A stretch of 64,000 bases of DNA from an uncultured candidate division Zixibacteria bacterium (GCA_963668625.2 CAXXKA010000010.1:414218-478217); one strand, 5' to 3'; positions 1 to 9,591 are shown, numbered from the stretch's first letter. Numbers and translations: made by a program. Notes: generated by a model not told the origin, from the sequence alone.

Positions 1-102
1 AAACATCCCGTATTTGCACAGTCGTTTAAAATCATGTTTGATGCTCTGTGGGATGAGGCGGAAGAATATAGTGAATTCAAAAATAGAATGAAAATAGATT
101 AG
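1..102 (+). CDS. 3' end of a TrmB-family transcriptional regulator (partial, truncated by window)
   Basis: Frame 1 reads KHPVFAQSFKIMFDALWDEAEEYSEFKNRMKID*. This aligns with the C-termini of the two complete TrmB-like proteins (HKGMANIIKLAFETLWAGAEDF; HEAMAKSFKFLFESFWEKARDY) and occupies the same position in its module. Confidence 0.75.
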   Translation, partial: KHPVFAQSFKIMFDALWDEAEEYSEFKNRMKID

Positions 103-248
103 TGAAGGAGGTAGTAGAGCGCCAGATCTAATGAAATCTCAGATGTTGGCCGCCGGCAGATATCGCTATCTACCGGGCGACCAAGCGAAATACGATGGTG
201 CACCGGGCTGTACACCAATCACGAAATAAGTATTAAGGAGAAGCGGTA

Positions 249-1979
249 ATGAAAATGCAAGCATTTAAATCAAGAATAATTAAACATTTGGGCCTCACAA
301 TAATAATAGCCGTTATGCTAGTGGCATTTTCCGGTATGGCAAGCGCCGATGCAGGAGATGTCGTTTGGTCTAATATACAACACTATGTTGATATGGAAAC
401 ACCGGCTGGTGATACGGTTTTTTTCCGATGTGTCGCGATAGATGAAACTACCGATGGTGGAAGTGTAGTTGCCGGTTATGCCGAAGCGACCTCGGTTTAT
501 AATGATGATCTGGCTTATATTATCAGGCTGGATCAATATGGAGACACTCTCTGGGTCCGTCATTTTGGCAGAGCGGATTATCATTATAAATCCAGAGCGG
601 TTATTGTCGAGCCTGATGGTGGATTTATCCTGGTCGGTGATATACGATCCCCATATTATGAAATACCTCCCTCATACTCCGAAACTGGTGTTTTTATGAT
701 GAAGATTAACGCCGATGGTGATAGTGTTTGGTTTGGCCGCTATAATGATATTCCCGGAAAATACTACTACAATGTCAGGAATGTTTGCAAAACCTCCGAT
801 GACGGATATGTTTTATTCGGCAATACGATTAGAAAGCAAGAAGGGGGAGATCTAACCATGTGGGATGGTTTCATAATTAAAACCGATTCTGATGGTAATG
901 AGGAATGGACCAGGCACTATGAGGGGCCAGCCGACGAAGAAGATCCCCGCTGGGACAGGACTCATATAGTAGCACTTGCAGGTGATATCGCCAATGACGG
1001 TACATATTTATTAACCGGCTCCCAACAGACGGTTTATAGTGAGAATGGTGATAGGCTTTGGATATATGACAACGCCCTGGTAATGAATATAGACGCCAAC
1101 GGTGATACCATCTCGACTTTCAAGTATGGCATACATGATCAGGTTAAGGATATATGCGCGACCGCAGAAGGCGGTTATTTAATAGGATTGATAAATAGGG
1201 ATGTGTTCAGTGATGATGTTGCCGAGTTTATCGATCAGGCAACGGTCGTAAATGTTGATAATGCGAATAACGAGATCTGGCATTACGACGTGCTTATGGA
1301 TTCCGGTATTGATTCGGGTTATGACACTTCGAGTGTCGCCCGGTCGGTTGCCGAGATACCAGGCGGCGGATATTTATTAGCAGGACAGAAATTATTTTTT
1401 ATTGAAGATTCCAGTCATCTGATACCTGTACGTACTAGTCAGCTTTTCATATCGGTTTTCGATAATGATGGTTCTTTGAAATTCACACGCCTGTATGAAG
1501 ATGAATTCGGTAATTCAACCTTAAGACCATTTATTCCTTTAGATGTCAAGATAAAAGCGAACGGAAATTACCTCGTATGTGGTACGTTCGAGTATTATGA
1601 GACTGAAGAAAACAGACTCATTTATCCCGCCGAGGGAATTGTAGTGGAATTGGAAGCCAGCACTGTTGGCATCGAGGATAACCAAACTTCCCAATTGCCC
1701 GAGCAGATATCTCTCATGCAGAACTACCCCAATCCGTTCAACGCCACCACGCAAATACAGTTCTCCCTGAATACATCAGATGATGTCACGCTTTCGGTTT
1801 ATGATTTACTTGGACGTAAGATTACCACGCTATACGATGGCGCCTTGAATGCCGGTACGCATAGCATTACCTGGAACGGCACTAATGAGTCGGGTGAGGT
1901 TGTAAGCTCGGGAGTATATTTCTACCGTTTGGAAACCTCCGAATCAACCACCAGCAAACAGATGCTTCTACTTAAATAA
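249..1979 (+). CDS. Secreted beta-propeller-like repeat protein with T9SS/FlgD-type C-terminal sorting domain
   Basis: SD AAGGAG; signal peptide ending ASA; repeated (D/N)GD(T/S)xW and DGGY/F motifs; C-terminal NYPNPFN...SGVYFYRL...MLLLK tail. Confidence 0.85.
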   Translation: MKMQAFKSRIIKHLGLTIIIAVMLVAFSGMASADAGDVVWSNIQHYVDMETPAGDTVFFRCVAIDETTDGGSVVAGYAEATSVYNDDLAYIIRLDQYGDTLWVRHFGRADYHYKSRAVIVEPDGGFILVGDIRSPYYEIPPSYSETGVFMMKINADGDSVWFGRYNDIPGKYYYNVRNVCKTSDDGYVLFGNTIRKQEGGDLTMWDGFIIKTDSDGNEEWTRHYEGPADEEDPRWDRTHIVALAGDIANDGTYLLTGSQQTVYSENGDRLWIYDNALVMNIDANGDTISTFKYGIHDQVKDICATAEGGYLIGLINRDVFSDDVAEFIDQATVVNVDNANNEIWHYDVLMDSGIDSGYDTSSVARSVAEIPGGGYLLAGQKLFFIEDSSHLIPVRTSQLFISVFDNDGSLKFTRLYEDEFGNSTLRPFIPLDVKIKANGNYLVCGTFEYYETEENRLIYPAEGIVVELEASTVGIEDNQTSQLPEQISLMQNYPNPFNATTQIQFSLNTSDDVTLSVYDLLGRKITTLYDGALNAGTHSITWNGTNESGEVVSSGVYFYRLETSESTTSKQMLLLK

Positions 1980-2000
1980 TATTTATCAGAAATAGATTCT

Positions 2001-2027
2001 GGGGCGTGGCACGGCCTGCCGTGCCCC
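2001..2027. repeat. REP-like palindrome copy 1
   Basis: GGGGCGTGGCACGGCCTGCCGTGCCCC just after the stop codon; related copies at 3878 and 5714. Confidence 0.55.
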
Positions 2028-2119
2028 GGTCAATAACTAGCGAGTAACAGGAATCCAGTTTCCTGATAGCGGAAATAACAGGAACAAAAGAATAAACGCA
2101 GATGAAAGGAGTATTTGTT

Positions 2120-3856
2120 GTGAAACAGATAACGCTTATTAAGGACAGAATGGATTTGTTGAAATTCTCCAGCCTGGCAGCTTTAGTGGCCCTTATGCTA
2201 GTGGCATTTTCCGGTATGGCAAGCGCCGATGCGGGAGATATCGTATGGTCAAGTATACAATATTATCTTGACATGGAGACACCGGTTGCCGATACCGTAT
2301 ATTTTGCATGTTCGGCTATTGATGAAACCATCGATGGCGGATGTGTGGTTGCCGGTTATGCCTCCGGGACCTCGATTTATAACGATGATCTGGCATATAT
2401 TATCAGGCTGGATCAATATGGAGATACGCTCTGGGTTCGCCACTTTGGCAGAACGAATTATCATTACGAAGCCAGAGCGATCATCGCGGAATCGGATGGC
2501 GGATTTATCCTGGCAGGCGATATACTTTCCCCTTATTATGAAATACCTCCCGCAAATTACGAAACCGGCGTTTTCATGATGAAAATTAACGCTGATGGTG
2601 ATAGCGTTTGGTTCAATCGCTATAACGATATTCCCGGAAAATACTGCTATAATGTCAGGAATGTTCGCAAAGCGCCTGACGGTGGTTATGCTTTGTTCGG
2701 CAATACGATAAAACTATTGATGAATACGGATAACATCAGCTGGGATGGTTTCTTGATTAAAACCGATTCTGACGGCAATGAGGAATGGACCAGACACTAT
2801 GAGGGACCGGCAGATGAAGAAAATCCTAATTGGCTAAGGACTCATATAATAGGACTTGCCGGTGATATCGCCGATGACGGTACTTATTTATTAGCCGGCT
2901 CCATACAAACTGTTTACAGCGATCCACGTTACGGAATGATGATATATGATAACGGCCTGGTACTAAGCATCGACGCCGCTGGTGACACTATCTCGACTTT
3001 CAAGTATGGCGAGCATGATCAGGTTAACGATGTTTGCGTGACCTCCGAGGGAGGTTATTTGATAGGATTGGTCAATAGGGACGTGTTCAGTGATGATGTT
3101 GCCGATTTTATCGATCAGGCTACGGTTGTTAATGTTGATGATGAGGATAACTATGTCTGGCATTATGATGCACTAATGGATTCCGGTATTGATTCGGGCT
3201 ATGATACATCGAGTGTAGCCCAATCTATTGCCGAGATACCGGGAGGCGGATATTTATTAGCGGGATGGAGGTTTTATTTCAATGAATCCCCCGAATCACC
3301 GTTGCCCGATATTGCCAGCCAGCTTTTCATATCGATATTCGATAATGATGGTTCTTTAAAATTCACGCGTCTTTATGAAGATGAATTCGGTAATTCAACC
3401 TTAAGACCATTTATTCCTTTAGATGTCAAGATAAAAGAGAACGGGAATTATCTCGTATGCGGCAGGCTGGAAGCGTATGAGCTTGATAACAGGCGCATTT
3501 ATCCCCGCCAGGGAATCGTGGCGGAATTGGAAGCCGCCACTGTTGGCATCGAGGATGATCAAACTTTCCAATTGCCCGAGCAGGTATCGCTAATGCAGAA
3601 CTATCCCAATCCGTTCAACGCCACCACGCAAATACAGTTCTCCCTGAATACATCAGATGATGTCACGCTTTCGGTTTATGATTTACTTGGCCGCAAGATT
3701 ACCACGCTATACGATGGCGCCTTGAATGCCGGTACGCATAGCATTACCTGGAACGGCGCTAATGAGTCGGGTGAGGTTGTAAGCTCGGGCGTGTATTTCT
3801 ACCGTTTGGAAACCTCCGAATCAACCACCAGCAAACAGATGCTTCTACTTAAATAA
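2120..3856 (+). CDS. Secreted beta-propeller-like protein with T9SS/FlgD-type tail (close paralogue of 249..1979)
   Basis: ORF track gives 2102..3856; GTG at 2120 follows AAAGGAG and is the more likely start. Same motifs as the first gene, with a nearly identical 3' region. Confidence 0.85.
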   Translation: MKQITLIKDRMDLLKFSSLAALVALMLVAFSGMASADAGDIVWSSIQYYLDMETPVADTVYFACSAIDETIDGGCVVAGYASGTSIYNDDLAYIIRLDQYGDTLWVRHFGRTNYHYEARAIIAESDGGFILAGDILSPYYEIPPANYETGVFMMKINADGDSVWFNRYNDIPGKYCYNVRNVRKAPDGGYALFGNTIKLLMNTDNISWDGFLIKTDSDGNEEWTRHYEGPADEENPNWLRTHIIGLAGDIADDGTYLLAGSIQTVYSDPRYGMMIYDNGLVLSIDAAGDTISTFKYGEHDQVNDVCVTSEGGYLIGLVNRDVFSDDVADFIDQATVVNVDDEDNYVWHYDALMDSGIDSGYDTSSVAQSIAEIPGGGYLLAGWRFYFNESPESPLPDIASQLFISIFDNDGSLKFTRLYEDEFGNSTLRPFIPLDVKIKENGNYLVCGRLEAYELDNRRIYPRQGIVAELEAATVGIEDDQTFQLPEQVSLMQNYPNPFNATTQIQFSLNTSDDVTLSVYDLLGRKITTLYDGALNAGTHSITWNGANESGEVVSSGVYFYRLETSESTTSKQMLLLK

Positions 3857-3877
3857 TATTTATCAGAAATAGATTCT

Positions 3878-3904
3878 GGGGCGTGGAACGGCCTGCCGTG
3901 CCCC
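3878..3904. repeat. REP-like palindrome copy 2
   Basis: GGGGCGTGGAACGGCCTGCCGTGCCCC, one mismatch to copy 1. Confidence 0.55.
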
Positions 3905-3956
3905 AGTTTTAAAAAAAATGAATATCTACCTAGGTGCTATGAAAGGAGAAGTAGCA

Positions 3957-5696
3957 ATGAGAAAACAATTAATGAAAGCAGAATTATTTAAAAGCTTGGG
4001 GATAATTTTCATATTTATCCTGATGCTATCAGCATTTTCGGGCACAGCCGGCGCCGATCCGGGAGATGTAGTATGGTCAAGCGTCCAATATTACAATGAT
4101 CTTGACACTCAGCCGGGTGATACGATTTCTTTTAGTTGTACATCAATAGAGGAAACTCTGGATGGCGGATGTATCGTAGCGGGTACTGCAATTGGCCACC
4201 CCTCTTATTTTCGTAATAGAGCTTATTTGATGAGATTCGATGAAGCCGGTGATACTCTCTGGGTTCGTCATTATGGCTGGGAAAACTTTTATTATAACGC
4301 CAGCACGGTTATGGCCGAATCCGATGGAGGGTTCGTAGTAGCCGGCGATAAACAAACTCCCTTTTACGATTATCCACCTCCAAGCTATCCATGCGGCGTA
4401 TTTTTGATCAAGGTTGATACTAATGGTGATACTCTCTGGACGCGAACCTATAATGATCCTTCTGGCGATTATAGGTTTTATGTCAGGGATGCCTGTAAAA
4501 CCTCTGACGGCGGGTATGCTGTATTTGGTTTTACGATAAGTTTCGACCCGGACGCTTATTATAGCGAATTGTGGAGAGCCTTTATACTTAAAGTCAGCGC
4601 TGATGGTACCGAGCAATGGCTGAGACAATATGAGCCGCCGATTGATAGTGACCCTAATTTTAGGGGCTCTTTAATGGTTGGCTTAAATGGAGCAGTAGCC
4701 GATGACGGCGGTTATGTTATAGCCGGTTCCAGTCAAATGTTCTATGTGGATTATAATCAAAATGTATGGTCTTATGATCACGCCACGGTATTGAAAGTTG
4801 ATGCTGACGGTGATACTGTATGGACTTACAGGTATGGCGATCAAGACCAGATTTTTACTATTAACTCTGCCTCCGATGGCGGTTTCATTATCGGTGATAT
4901 GAACAGAGATCTTTTAAGTCCCGATCTCAGCTGCCTTGTTGATCAAACCACAGTGATTAAAATTGATGGTTCAGGCAACGAGTCATGGCTTTATGATATC
5001 GCGCTTGATGGCTCCGGTGATTATCATACAGGAACTGATACCTCGGCGGTGCCCAGAGCAGTATGTGAGATTCCTGGTAATGGCGGGTATGTTTTAGCCG
5101 GTGAAAAGTTGTGGATGACTGACGAATCTCCCGGTAGTCCTGATCTGGATCAAAATAGCCAGCTACTTATAACGCTATTTGACGGCAATGGCGATTTTAA
5201 AAGTATGCGCATATATGAAGAAGAGTATGGAAACCCAATTGAAATGGCGTTCTCGGCGCGGGATATTAAGGTTAAACGTAATGGGAATTATCTTATCTGC
5301 GGTAATTTAGAGGCTCTCATTCTTAGTGGCTATGTAGCCATTCCCTGCCGTGGTATTGTGACCGAGATCGAGGCCGTTACTGTTTCTATTGATGATGAGC
5401 ATTCACTGGAATTACCCGAGCAGGTTTCTTTAATGCAGAACTATCCCAATCCGTTCAACGCCACCACCCAGATACAATTCTCGCTCAACACCCCAGATGA
5501 TGTCACGCTCTCGGTATACGATCTACTCGGCCGCAAGATTACCACGCTATACGATGGCGCCTTGAATGCCGGTACGCATAGCATTATCTGGAACGGCACT
5601 AATGAGTCGGGTGATGTTGTAAGCTCGGGCGTGTATTTCTACCGTCTCGAAACTTCGAAAAGCACACAAAGTCAACAGATGATTCTTCTTAAATAA
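3957..5696 (+). CDS. Secreted beta-propeller-like protein with T9SS/FlgD-type tail (third, more divergent paralogue)
   Basis: ORF track gives 3918..5696; ATG 3957 follows AAAGGAG. Signal peptide, GDTLW repeats, NYPNPFN tail. Confidence 0.85.
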   Translation: MRKQLMKAELFKSLGIIFIFILMLSAFSGTAGADPGDVVWSSVQYYNDLDTQPGDTISFSCTSIEETLDGGCIVAGTAIGHPSYFRNRAYLMRFDEAGDTLWVRHYGWENFYYNASTVMAESDGGFVVAGDKQTPFYDYPPPSYPCGVFLIKVDTNGDTLWTRTYNDPSGDYRFYVRDACKTSDGGYAVFGFTISFDPDAYYSELWRAFILKVSADGTEQWLRQYEPPIDSDPNFRGSLMVGLNGAVADDGGYVIAGSSQMFYVDYNQNVWSYDHATVLKVDADGDTVWTYRYGDQDQIFTINSASDGGFIIGDMNRDLLSPDLSCLVDQTTVIKIDGSGNESWLYDIALDGSGDYHTGTDTSAVPRAVCEIPGNGGYVLAGEKLWMTDESPGSPDLDQNSQLLITLFDGNGDFKSMRIYEEEYGNPIEMAFSARDIKVKRNGNYLICGNLEALILSGYVAIPCRGIVTEIEAVTVSIDDEHSLELPEQVSLMQNYPNPFNATTQIQFSLNTPDDVTLSVYDLLGRKITTLYDGALNAGTHSIIWNGTNESGDVVSSGVYFYRLETSKSTQSQQMILLK

Positions 5697-5713
5697 TTTT
5701 TAGCGCAAAATTA

Positions 5714-5739
5714 GTAGGGGCGCGGCATGCTATGCCCCT
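5714..5739. repeat. REP-like palindrome copy 3 (GTAG-type)
   Basis: GTAGGGGCGCGGCATGCTATGCCCCT: GTAG tetranucleotide followed by an imperfect GC-rich palindrome. Confidence 0.55.
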
Positions 5740-5826
5740 GAGACCATAAAAACAAGCATTTGAAACAAGAATGAATACGGTAAACCAAATACCTAAGAAC
5801 TTAAAAACAAACGAAATCAGGTTGAG

Positions 5827-5860
5827 AAAAAGCCGTTAGATGATTACTCACCTAACGGCT
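5827..5860 (-). terminator. Hairpin with U-tract on the minus strand
   Basis: AAAA-AGCCGTTAG-N12-CTAACGGCT on the plus strand; the A-run lies on the 5' side. Confidence 0.5.
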
Positions 5861-5990
5861 CCAGTAAGAAAAATCGGGAAAGCACTCCCGACATTAATTA
5901 AGATACTAAAAATTCACCCTAAAACAAGGCCTTAATTAAATCGATCGTAAGCAGGGGGGACGATCGAAATATAGGGCATAGTGAGGGAAA

Positions 5991-8333
5991 ATGAAAAAGC
6001 TATTTTGGGTAGTTTTTGTTATAGGACTGTGTTTAATTCTTAACAACACTGCCTCAGCCGATCCACCGGCAAATGATGATTGTGTTAATGCCGATGACGC
6101 CGGTACTCTAGTATCGGATTCAACGGTACAACTCAGCGGAAGTCTGATTGAGGCGACCCAGGACTGTATGAATAATTATTATGCCGAGGTCTGGGTAAAG
6201 TTTACACTCACCGATTGCATGGATGTTACCATAGATTTCTGCAACAATTCGATTGATGTTATGGAATTCTCCGATTATGTATTTGGTGAATGCCCATGCG
6301 GAGATATGACCTATCGTTCCGTTCAAAACTATTGCTCATCTAATTACAATTCAGCTTTAACCTGGTACGGTTTATCCGCAGGCACATATTACTATTCAAT
6401 CTGGTCTACGGGAAGTTCTGATTCTTACGTTGTTAATATAACCGGTACCGATTGCCCGGAAGCTCCAGTTAACGATGATTGCACCAATGCTACCGCAGTG
6501 GGTGAGGTAACCGAGCTGGCCTATTCGACTCGTGGAGCATCATTTGATGGCGAAGGTTACTGCATGGACTCGCCGAATATCTGGTATGTATATACCCCGA
6601 CATTTACCGGCAACATAAGGGTAACCGCGGATGCCAATTATGGCCCGAGAATCGCGGTTTATAATGGCGCCGATTGTTCGCCTATCTCGAGTGAGATCGG
6701 CTGTTCCCCCGAAGGTATTTTAAGTTTCGCGGCTACGCTGGGCAATCAATACCTGATAGAGGTTGGCGGAATAGGGAGCAATAACGGCGATGGCCTGTTA
6801 ACCATAGAAGAAGCTCCGGAATCGCCTGACAACGATAACTGTGCTGATGCCGATGATGCCGGCACGCTTTCGGATGGTATACCCGTGCAGCTAACCGGTA
6901 CGTTAGCCGAGGCTACTATCGATTGCCCGAGCTTATACTATCCTGAGGTTTGGGTTATGTTCACTGTCCCCGATTACATGCATGTAACGATTGATTTCTG
7001 CGATCATCCAAGTGGAGTGGATATGTATAGCGTGGCCATGGGATTGTATATCGATTGCCCCTGCGGTGATGATATCAATTACACTCAATTCGATAATTGC
7101 GGGAACGGCAATCCCTCTATGACCTGGCAATATCTGCCTGCAGGTACTTACTATTATCCGATCTTGAGCAGTTATTATATTGATGACGCATATACGGTAA
7201 ATATCGTTGGCTCGTTGAGTTCGACCCCGCCAACAGGCGCTTGCTGTGTCAGCGATTCGATGACCTGTGAAGTAGTCGACGAATATACCTGCATGTATGT
7301 CATAGATGGCTCATGGAAAGGCGAGGGCACCGATTGCGGGACCTACGATGAGGAAACAGGTTGGTCTGGATGTGTCGATGTGGAACCGACTGGAGTTTGC
7401 TGCTATGATGGTGGTTTTAACTGTGCAGAAGGTGTCACGTTTGACGATTGCTATGAGGTGTTCTTCGGTGAATGGCGAGGCGAAGGTACAACCTGCGGTT
7501 TGCCGGATTCGACCGGTATCTATGAGGGCTGTCAAAGCTCGACACCCACAACAGGCGCTTGCTGCTATGACGACGGATATAGCTGCGCGGATGGTGTCAC
7601 CGAAAGCGATTGCTACGAATTCTATATGGGCGATTATAAAGGCAATGGTACATACTGTGGCGAGATCGATCCTGTTTCAGGTATGTACGAAGCCTGTATT
7701 GAACAATTGCCAGGCGCTTGCTGTTTCAATGATGGCATGAACTGTGAGATCGTCTCCTCCGAATTAGAATGTATTGATATGTATGGCGGTACGTGGAAAG
7801 GCGAGGGTTCTACCTGCGGCGAATATGATTCAGTTGAGGGTTGGTCCGGATGTATCGAACCGCCAGTAGGTGCCTGTTGTTTGGAGGGCGGCACAATATG
7901 TCTTAATGATGCATCAGAGTTTGATTGTGTTAATGACTATATGGGTACCTGGATGGGCGAAGGTTCAGTCTGCGGCAATATTGATCCAGTGTCCGGTGAG
8001 TACGAGGGCTGTCAGGTAAATGACGCTTACGAATACCTCCCCGGTGACGCCAACATGGCTGCCGGCTCGTGGCCGCCGAATGTAATCGGCGCGGATGTCA
8101 CTTACCTGGTAAACTATTTCCGGGCTATCGCTGCGCCGTGTCTGGTCGGTGGTTTCTATAACTCGGCTGATGCTAACGGTGACTGTTCGGTAATCGGTGC
8201 TGACGTTACCTATCTGGTACAATATTTCCGAGGCGCGAACGAATTGCATTTCTGCCCTGACTATGAACCAACCTGGCAAAGCAGCGGTGATTTACCGGCC
8301 GAGGCTCCCGATGGTTGGCCGAATTGTGAATAG
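5991..8333 (+). CDS. Secreted Cys-rich protein: three NDxC-type beta domains, five GACC repeats, C-terminal dockerin-like domain
   Basis: Signal peptide; PANDDC/PVNDDC/PDNDNC domains; five 6-Cys G(A/V)CC repeats; duplicated GDAN...ADVTYLV / ADANGD...ADVTYLV dockerin motif. Confidence 0.85.
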   Translation: MKKLFWVVFVIGLCLILNNTASADPPANDDCVNADDAGTLVSDSTVQLSGSLIEATQDCMNNYYAEVWVKFTLTDCMDVTIDFCNNSIDVMEFSDYVFGECPCGDMTYRSVQNYCSSNYNSALTWYGLSAGTYYYSIWSTGSSDSYVVNITGTDCPEAPVNDDCTNATAVGEVTELAYSTRGASFDGEGYCMDSPNIWYVYTPTFTGNIRVTADANYGPRIAVYNGADCSPISSEIGCSPEGILSFAATLGNQYLIEVGGIGSNNGDGLLTIEEAPESPDNDNCADADDAGTLSDGIPVQLTGTLAEATIDCPSLYYPEVWVMFTVPDYMHVTIDFCDHPSGVDMYSVAMGLYIDCPCGDDINYTQFDNCGNGNPSMTWQYLPAGTYYYPILSSYYIDDAYTVNIVGSLSSTPPTGACCVSDSMTCEVVDEYTCMYVIDGSWKGEGTDCGTYDEETGWSGCVDVEPTGVCCYDGGFNCAEGVTFDDCYEVFFGEWRGEGTTCGLPDSTGIYEGCQSSTPTTGACCYDDGYSCADGVTESDCYEFYMGDYKGNGTYCGEIDPVSGMYEACIEQLPGACCFNDGMNCEIVSSELECIDMYGGTWKGEGSTCGEYDSVEGWSGCIEPPVGACCLEGGTICLNDASEFDCVNDYMGTWMGEGSVCGNIDPVSGEYEGCQVNDAYEYLPGDANMAAGSWPPNVIGADVTYLVNYFRAIAAPCLVGGFYNSADANGDCSVIGADVTYLVQYFRGANELHFCPDYEPTWQSSGDLPAEAPDGWPNCE

Positions 8334-8436
8334 ACTCCTTGATTCAAGTAATTAATCTTAACTACTACTTCTTGAAAAGTGCTCTAACACTTTGACCTTG
8401 ATCTACGGAAGGCGGCCTTAACGGGCCGCCTTTTTT
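8028..8436 (+). repeat. Dockerin cassette plus 3' UTR and terminator, copy 1 of 3
   Basis: About 410 bp nearly identical to 14844..15253 and 21688..22092, extending about 100 bp past the stop codon. Confidence 0.9.
8409..8436 (+). terminator. Rho-independent terminator
   Basis: AAGGCGGCC-TTAACG-GGCCGCCTT followed by a T-run. Confidence 0.85.
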
Positions 8437-8526
8437 GTGTTAATTCAGGCAAAAATGTCAGATCCAGTTAAATTCTACCTATACTCTAGCGTAAATAATG
8501 GTAATATAACGGGTTATAATTTTTAC

Positions 8527-8591
8527 TTGACAAAATTACAAATATAGTTAAATTAACGTTGGTAGTTGTCATATAGCATAACAGCAACTAC
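8527..8591 (+). promoter_or_regulatory. Sigma70-like promoter and putative operator of the TrmB gene
   Basis: TTGACA(8527)-16 bp-TAAATT(8549), followed by the inverted repeat GTAGTTG-N16-CAACTAC (8562..8591). Confidence 0.6.
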
Positions 8592-8605
8592 TAAAGGACT
8601 AAAAT

Positions 8606-9511
8606 ATGAGCTTCTCCACTCAGGTAAAAGTAATTAAAGAACTGGGTCTTAGCGAATACGAAGCTAAATGCTATTTGGCGCTGTTTGAGAGGGAATCATT
8701 GTCGGTGATTGAGGTTATCGATTTAATCGGGATTCCACGGCCTAACGCTTATCAAGCGCTAAAGAAGCTTTTAGATAAAGGATTATGTGTATCGCTACCG
8801 GGTAATGTCAAGCGTTATGCTGTTTCAAATCCGCAGGCTCTTCGCGAAATGGCTCGAGAGGTTGTCAACGGTTCTCTGGATGTCGAAATCGAAGAGTTGG
8901 AAAATAAGAAACAGAAAATCGTCGACAAGAAAATGAATATAAATGATAATATCGAAAAGGTTGTCAATAAACTTCAGGTTGTTTACAATAAAAACCGCAG
9001 TAACGATTCACCGCTTGATTACATAGAAATATACAAAGACCGTCTTCAGGTGCTCAGAAAATTTAGTGAATTGATTGTTCATGCTAAGGAAGAACTACTA
9101 ACTATCGAAAAACCCACCGGGAATTGGACTCCACCCCCTCAAAAAGAATATGACCAATGGCTTGAGGAGTCCTCAAAAACAGTAGTGAAACTCATAGAAA
9201 GAGGCGTTAAGTGTAGGGGGCTATACGAATTGTCGGATGAAAGCGAGAGAAGAAAGTGGCAACTTCGATTGATGGAGAAGTTTTCAGAAAACGGAGAAGA
9301 TTTTAGAATTACAAGAGAACTTCCAATGAAAGTGACAACCATTGATTCGCGGATTGTAATATTTACAATGGAGGATCAACTTTCCGGCAAACCTTCGTAT
9401 ACCTTTCAGATTGTTTATCATAAAGGGATGGCGAATATTATTAAATTGGCATTTGAAACATTATGGGCCGGCGCCGAAGACTTTAACGATTTTATAAAAA
9501 GAGAGAACTAA
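8606..9511 (+). CDS. TrmB-family transcriptional regulator
   Basis: N-terminal LGLSEYEAKCYLAL...IPRPNAYQALKKLLDKGL winged HTH, a coiled-coil linker, and a C-terminal PLD-like effector domain (LPMK...ID...LAFETLW). Confidence 0.9.
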   Translation: MSFSTQVKVIKELGLSEYEAKCYLALFERESLSVIEVIDLIGIPRPNAYQALKKLLDKGLCVSLPGNVKRYAVSNPQALREMAREVVNGSLDVEIEELENKKQKIVDKKMNINDNIEKVVNKLQVVYNKNRSNDSPLDYIEIYKDRLQVLRKFSELIVHAKEELLTIEKPTGNWTPPPQKEYDQWLEESSKTVVKLIERGVKCRGLYELSDESERRKWQLRLMEKFSENGEDFRITRELPMKVTTIDSRIVIFTMEDQLSGKPSYTFQIVYHKGMANIIKLAFETLWAGAEDFNDFIKREN

Positions 9512-9554
9512 AATAGCAAAGGATAATCTTATGGTAATTAAAAATCAAAAAAGT

Positions 9555-9591
9555 AAAAAAGGACTAATGCTACTGCCATAGCATTTAGTCC
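9555..9591 (-). terminator. Hairpin with U-tract on the minus strand
   Basis: AAAAAA-GGACTAATGCTA-CTGCCA-TAGCATTTAGTCC on the plus strand. Confidence 0.5.

Noticed and set aside
8334-8445. Integron attC sites in the conserved 3' UTR (CTCTAAC motif)
   Set aside because: No conserved complementary GTTRRRY box across the copies, copy 3 lacks TAAC, and there is no integron integrase.
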